A stretch of DNA of 62,019 nucleotides, the filler included. It is 10 parts of 10 records of this genome, joined end to end, with 100 filler letters (N's around TTAATTAATTAA, not from the genome) between each part and the next. Parts side by side here need not be neighbours in the genome. Positions count along the whole stretch, not along the records: positions 56,125 to 62,019 come from SRR31147125_242631; 9 more parts are not named here. The stretch is one strand, 5' to 3'. A program made the translations under genes and the position numbers. Positions 59,198-62,019 of the stretch are shown piece after piece; the stretch's first letter is position 1, and each line of letters begins with the position of its first letter. The notes under the pieces were generated by a model that searched no databases, was not told the DNA's origin, and saw only the letters and a list, made by a program, of their open reading frames with translations.

Positions 59198-59722
59198 ATG
59201 GCTGAACCGATTAAAAAAATTCTCTTTACGTCCGATCTTTCCGAGGAATCCATAGAAGTTTTCGAACAGACGGTAGGGTTGGCGTTTCAAACCGGCGCCT
59301 CAATCACCTTGCTGCATGTCATCGACAACCTCACCTCCGACAACCAGAAGCGAGTCAGCTATTTCATCGACAGTGAACTTTATGAAAGAATCAGGCAAGA
59401 GGGTCAGGAAACCGCCCAAAAGGCGCTGATCGGCAAACAGAAGTCCCTTCCGGTCATTCAGCAAGCCATGCAGGAGCACTATGTAAAAACATCTGAAAAA
59501 GTGAGTGGCTCGGGGAATCCGGTGACCATCGATTCAATTCAGGTCTTGTACGGCAATCCGGCCGAGAAGATTCTGGAGGTTGCAGAGTTGTCGCTATGCG
59601 ATTTGATTGCCATGGGCTATCATAAAAAGGGTTCGATATTCAGAGCGCTTGCCGGAAAAGCCGAAAAAGGGGTGATGAAAAGGAGTAAAAAACCGCTCTT
59701 CCTGGTGCCGCTCGGCGAGTAG
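59198..59722 (+). CDS. Universal stress protein
   Basis: KKILFTSDLS, ITLLHV, GNPAEKIL, DLIAMG, PLFLVP. Confidence 0.9.
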   Translation: MAEPIKKILFTSDLSEESIEVFEQTVGLAFQTGASITLLHVIDNLTSDNQKRVSYFIDSELYERIRQEGQETAQKALIGKQKSLPVIQQAMQEHYVKTSEKVSGSGNPVTIDSIQVLYGNPAEKILEVAELSLCDLIAMGYHKKGSIFRALAGKAEKGVMKRSKKPLFLVPLGE

Positions 59723-60109
59723 CGGAGTTCATCGGCAGCATCAACTTCAAAACTGATGTTGCCGATCAAAATGGAGCCCCTTTCGTTTGGCCGCATTGGA
59801 AAGGGGCTGCAGAAATATGGATCGTTTCTATTCAGAACCCGTCGAGGCAAACCGAACCGTCCTAATTATCGTTTCGATTCGGCGAGACGTTGACTAACTT
59901 TCGCGTTTTTGACATAACCCCCATGGGATAGGCTTCAACTCCTCCACGTCTTGCAAAATCTAAACGGGTCCCGTTTGCCTAAGCATCCTCCCCTGTGCAA
60001 AAAGGTGACGGCATTAATTAACCATGTTGCTATCCTGGTTGCAAACTCAGCGCGGTCACTTCCATTACAGTGCCAGGGTCGAGTCTGTTTCTGACTAACG
60101 GTTGGTGGT

Positions 60110-61462
60110 ATGAAATCCAAATTCGACATTCTCATTATCGACGACGATCAATTTGTGACCGAATCACTGGCAGAGTTCCTCTCCATGAATGAGTACAATG
60201 CCCTTATCGCTGATAACGGTGCAAGCGGACTCGACCATTTTGAGACCTACCATCCGCCCATCGTACTACTGGATCAAGAGCTGCCGGACAAAAAAGGTCT
60301 CGACGTGTGTCGCGATATTCTCGAACTGGACCCCTCCGTCAAAATCATCTTCATCACGGCGCACGCATCGATCCGCTACGCGGTGGATGCCATGCAGACC
60401 GGGGCGTTCAACTACCTGCCCAAGCCGTTTTCACTGGAAGAGTTGTTGATATCAATCCAGATGGCATCCAAAAGCTTGAAGCTCGAAGGCAAGCTCAAAG
60501 CCCAGGAGTATGAGAACAAGCGCAAACGCACCGGAACAAAGCTCATCGGCCGATCGGATGCAATCGGCCGGCTGCGCGACCAGATCGATCTGGCGGCGGC
60601 ATCGGACTCGGCGGTGCTGATCACGGGTGAGACCGGTGTTGGCAAAAACCTCATCTCCAAAGAGATTCATCGACGCCAAAACGCACGGGAGCCGTACCTG
60701 ACCATCAACTGTTCGGCCATCCCCGAAAATCTGATCGAGTCGGAATACTTCGGCCATGAGAAGGGGGCATTTACCGGGGCGGATACGCGCCGGGAGGGCA
60801 TCTTCGAACTGGCCGATGGGGGGACGCTGGTCCTGGACGAAATCGGCGACATTCCCTACCATCTCCAAAGCAAACTTCTCTCGGTATTGGAAGAGAAACA
60901 GGTGCGCCGCATCGGAAGCGCCCACTCCATCAACGTCGATGTCCGTATCATCGCCCTGACCAACCGGGATCTGGCCGAAGCCATTCGGGAGAAGCACTTC
61001 AGGGAGGATCTTTACTATCGCCTGGCGGTTATCCACATCAAAGTGCCTACGCTGCGCGAGCACATGGAAGATGTGCCGGAACTGGTAAAATATTTGACCG
61101 GTATTTTCTGCGGTGGAAACGTCACCATATCGGACAGCCAGCTGGACAGGCTCATGGCCTATTCATGGCCGGGAAATGTGCGCGAACTTCGAAATATCAT
61201 TGAACGTGCATCGCTTCTTCGCCAGGGCAATGAGATTCTACCGGCCGAGCTTCTGGCCACATCCAGTAACGAATCCGCTGAAATGGACTGTCTCGAAAAG
61301 CAGTCGCTCACTGCCGAAACGATCATGCCCTTGGAAGAGATCGTCAAGCGGCATATCCTGGGAGCGCTTAAGGCATGCGATGGCAACAAGAGCCAGACAG
61401 CAAAGCAGCTGGGACTCTCCCTTTCAACACTGAAAAGGAAGCTAAAAACTTACGAAAATTAA
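60110..61462 (+). CDS. NtrC-family sigma54 response regulator (REC-AAA+-Fis HTH)
   Basis: IIDDD, GETGVGK, GAFTGA, WPGNVREL, GNKSQTAKQLG. Confidence 0.95.
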   Translation: MKSKFDILIIDDDQFVTESLAEFLSMNEYNALIADNGASGLDHFETYHPPIVLLDQELPDKKGLDVCRDILELDPSVKIIFITAHASIRYAVDAMQTGAFNYLPKPFSLEELLISIQMASKSLKLEGKLKAQEYENKRKRTGTKLIGRSDAIGRLRDQIDLAAASDSAVLITGETGVGKNLISKEIHRRQNAREPYLTINCSAIPENLIESEYFGHEKGAFTGADTRREGIFELADGGTLVLDEIGDIPYHLQSKLLSVLEEKQVRRIGSAHSINVDVRIIALTNRDLAEAIREKHFREDLYYRLAVIHIKVPTLREHMEDVPELVKYLTGIFCGGNVTISDSQLDRLMAYSWPGNVRELRNIIERASLLRQGNEILPAELLATSSNESAEMDCLEKQSLTAETIMPLEEIVKRHILGALKACDGNKSQTAKQLGLSLSTLKRKLKTYEN

Positions 61463-61464
61463 AC

Positions 61465-61522
61465 GGACCAAAACTGGGTCAATATGACCCGATAGCTCAT
61501 TTTGGACCAGTCCATCTGAACC
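61465..61522. promoter_or_regulatory. Putative enhancer (UAS) boxes
   Basis: Palindrome GGGTCA-ATA-TGACCC at 61476-61490 plus degenerate copies (GCTCATTTTGGACC, GTCCATCTGAACC), followed by an AT-rich tract. Confidence 0.6.
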
Positions 61523-61621
61523 ACTTCCCTATTTAGAGCCCATCAAACGTATCAATTTCAAATACGTTATCCTTCTATTTTTATTATATTTTATAATATA
61601 ATATACAATATTTGAACTAAG

Positions 61622-61637
61622 TGGCACATATCTGGCA
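61622..61637 (+). promoter_or_regulatory. Sigma54 -24/-12 promoter
   Basis: TGGCAC-ATATC-TGGCA with GG-N10-GC spacing intact. Confidence 0.65.
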
Positions 61638-61647
61638 TTCGAGCTAT

Positions 61648-62019
61648 TCCGAGATAAGCCGCTACAATATTCAAGAGTGGAAGATGAAACTGCTGAGCTG
61701 AAATTGAGTGGAAACGGTATAAAGGGACCGAAACGGAATCTGCGACTGAAACTGAGCTGACTGGTTAACTTGAGCACGACTACGGAGCTGTAATTCAGGT
61801 ACCAATAGCTGAAATCAAATTACGACGATCATACTGAGCTGAAACCTCCCTTCCCCATACCTGTGACAATAGATATGACCCCTGATCCGGATCTCGAACT
61901 AAAAAGGAGCTGATGTAGCGGCTTCTTCTTTTTCTAAAGGCGTCGCGAGGTATATATACCCTCTAAATATATCTCCATTTAAAACGGAATCCCCCGACCT
62001 CAGGGGGATTCCGTTTTTT
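61648..62019 (+). ncRNA. Candidate ~370-nt repeat-rich non-coding RNA
   Basis: Lies between a sigma54 promoter and a terminator; no plus-strand ORF of 60 aa or more; repeated AGCTG(AAA); 11-bp long-range stem. Confidence 0.55.
61981..62019 (+). terminator. Intrinsic terminator (possibly bidirectional)
   Basis: AAAACGGAATCCCCC-GACCTCA-GGGGGATTCCGTTTTTT. Confidence 0.9.

Noticed and set aside
61529-61777. 82-aa minus-strand ORF over the candidate RNA promoter
   Set aside because: Runs through an AT-rich regulatory tract with no recognisable protein features; probably spurious.

Overview
This window is not one locus. It is ten unrelated contigs joined by identical 100-nt linkers (N44-TTAATTAATTAA-N44), most likely from an anaerobic metagenome or enrichment. 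Many genes carry 1-nt indels, mostly in homopolymer runs, which I treat as sequencing error. (1) 1-8500: TonB receptor/AraC/methyltransferase/ABC uptake island. (2) 8601-14186: spirochaete-like; VWA-FHA, adenine methyltransferase, PUR, OmpA, smc. (3) 14287-20753: potA, AcrR-like regulator, aldehyde:ferredoxin oxidoreductase, gabT. (4) 20854-26305: DUF3141, MaoC-Pta, ackA. (5) 26406-31659: phosphorelay and a permease. (6) 31760-37030: Ser/Thr kinase, degenerate GGDEF protein, polA. (7) 37131-42249: PLP enzyme/DUF1611/MurL-like operon. (8) 42350-47989: PanE-PaaI fusion, CoA ligase, lysA. (9) 48090-56024: a EUKARYOTIC contig with about 41 short GT-AG introns, encoding methylmalonyl-CoA mutase and, after manual splicing, a PFO-flavodoxin-PFL-activase fusion. 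(10) 56125-62019: dmsAB-like genes, USP, a sigma54 regulator and a candidate sigma54-driven repeat-rich ncRNA. Top leads are the spliced PFO-flavodoxin-PFLA fusion, the candidate ncRNA and the MurL-like/DUF1611/PLP operon. All calls are by motif recognition; no database searches were run.
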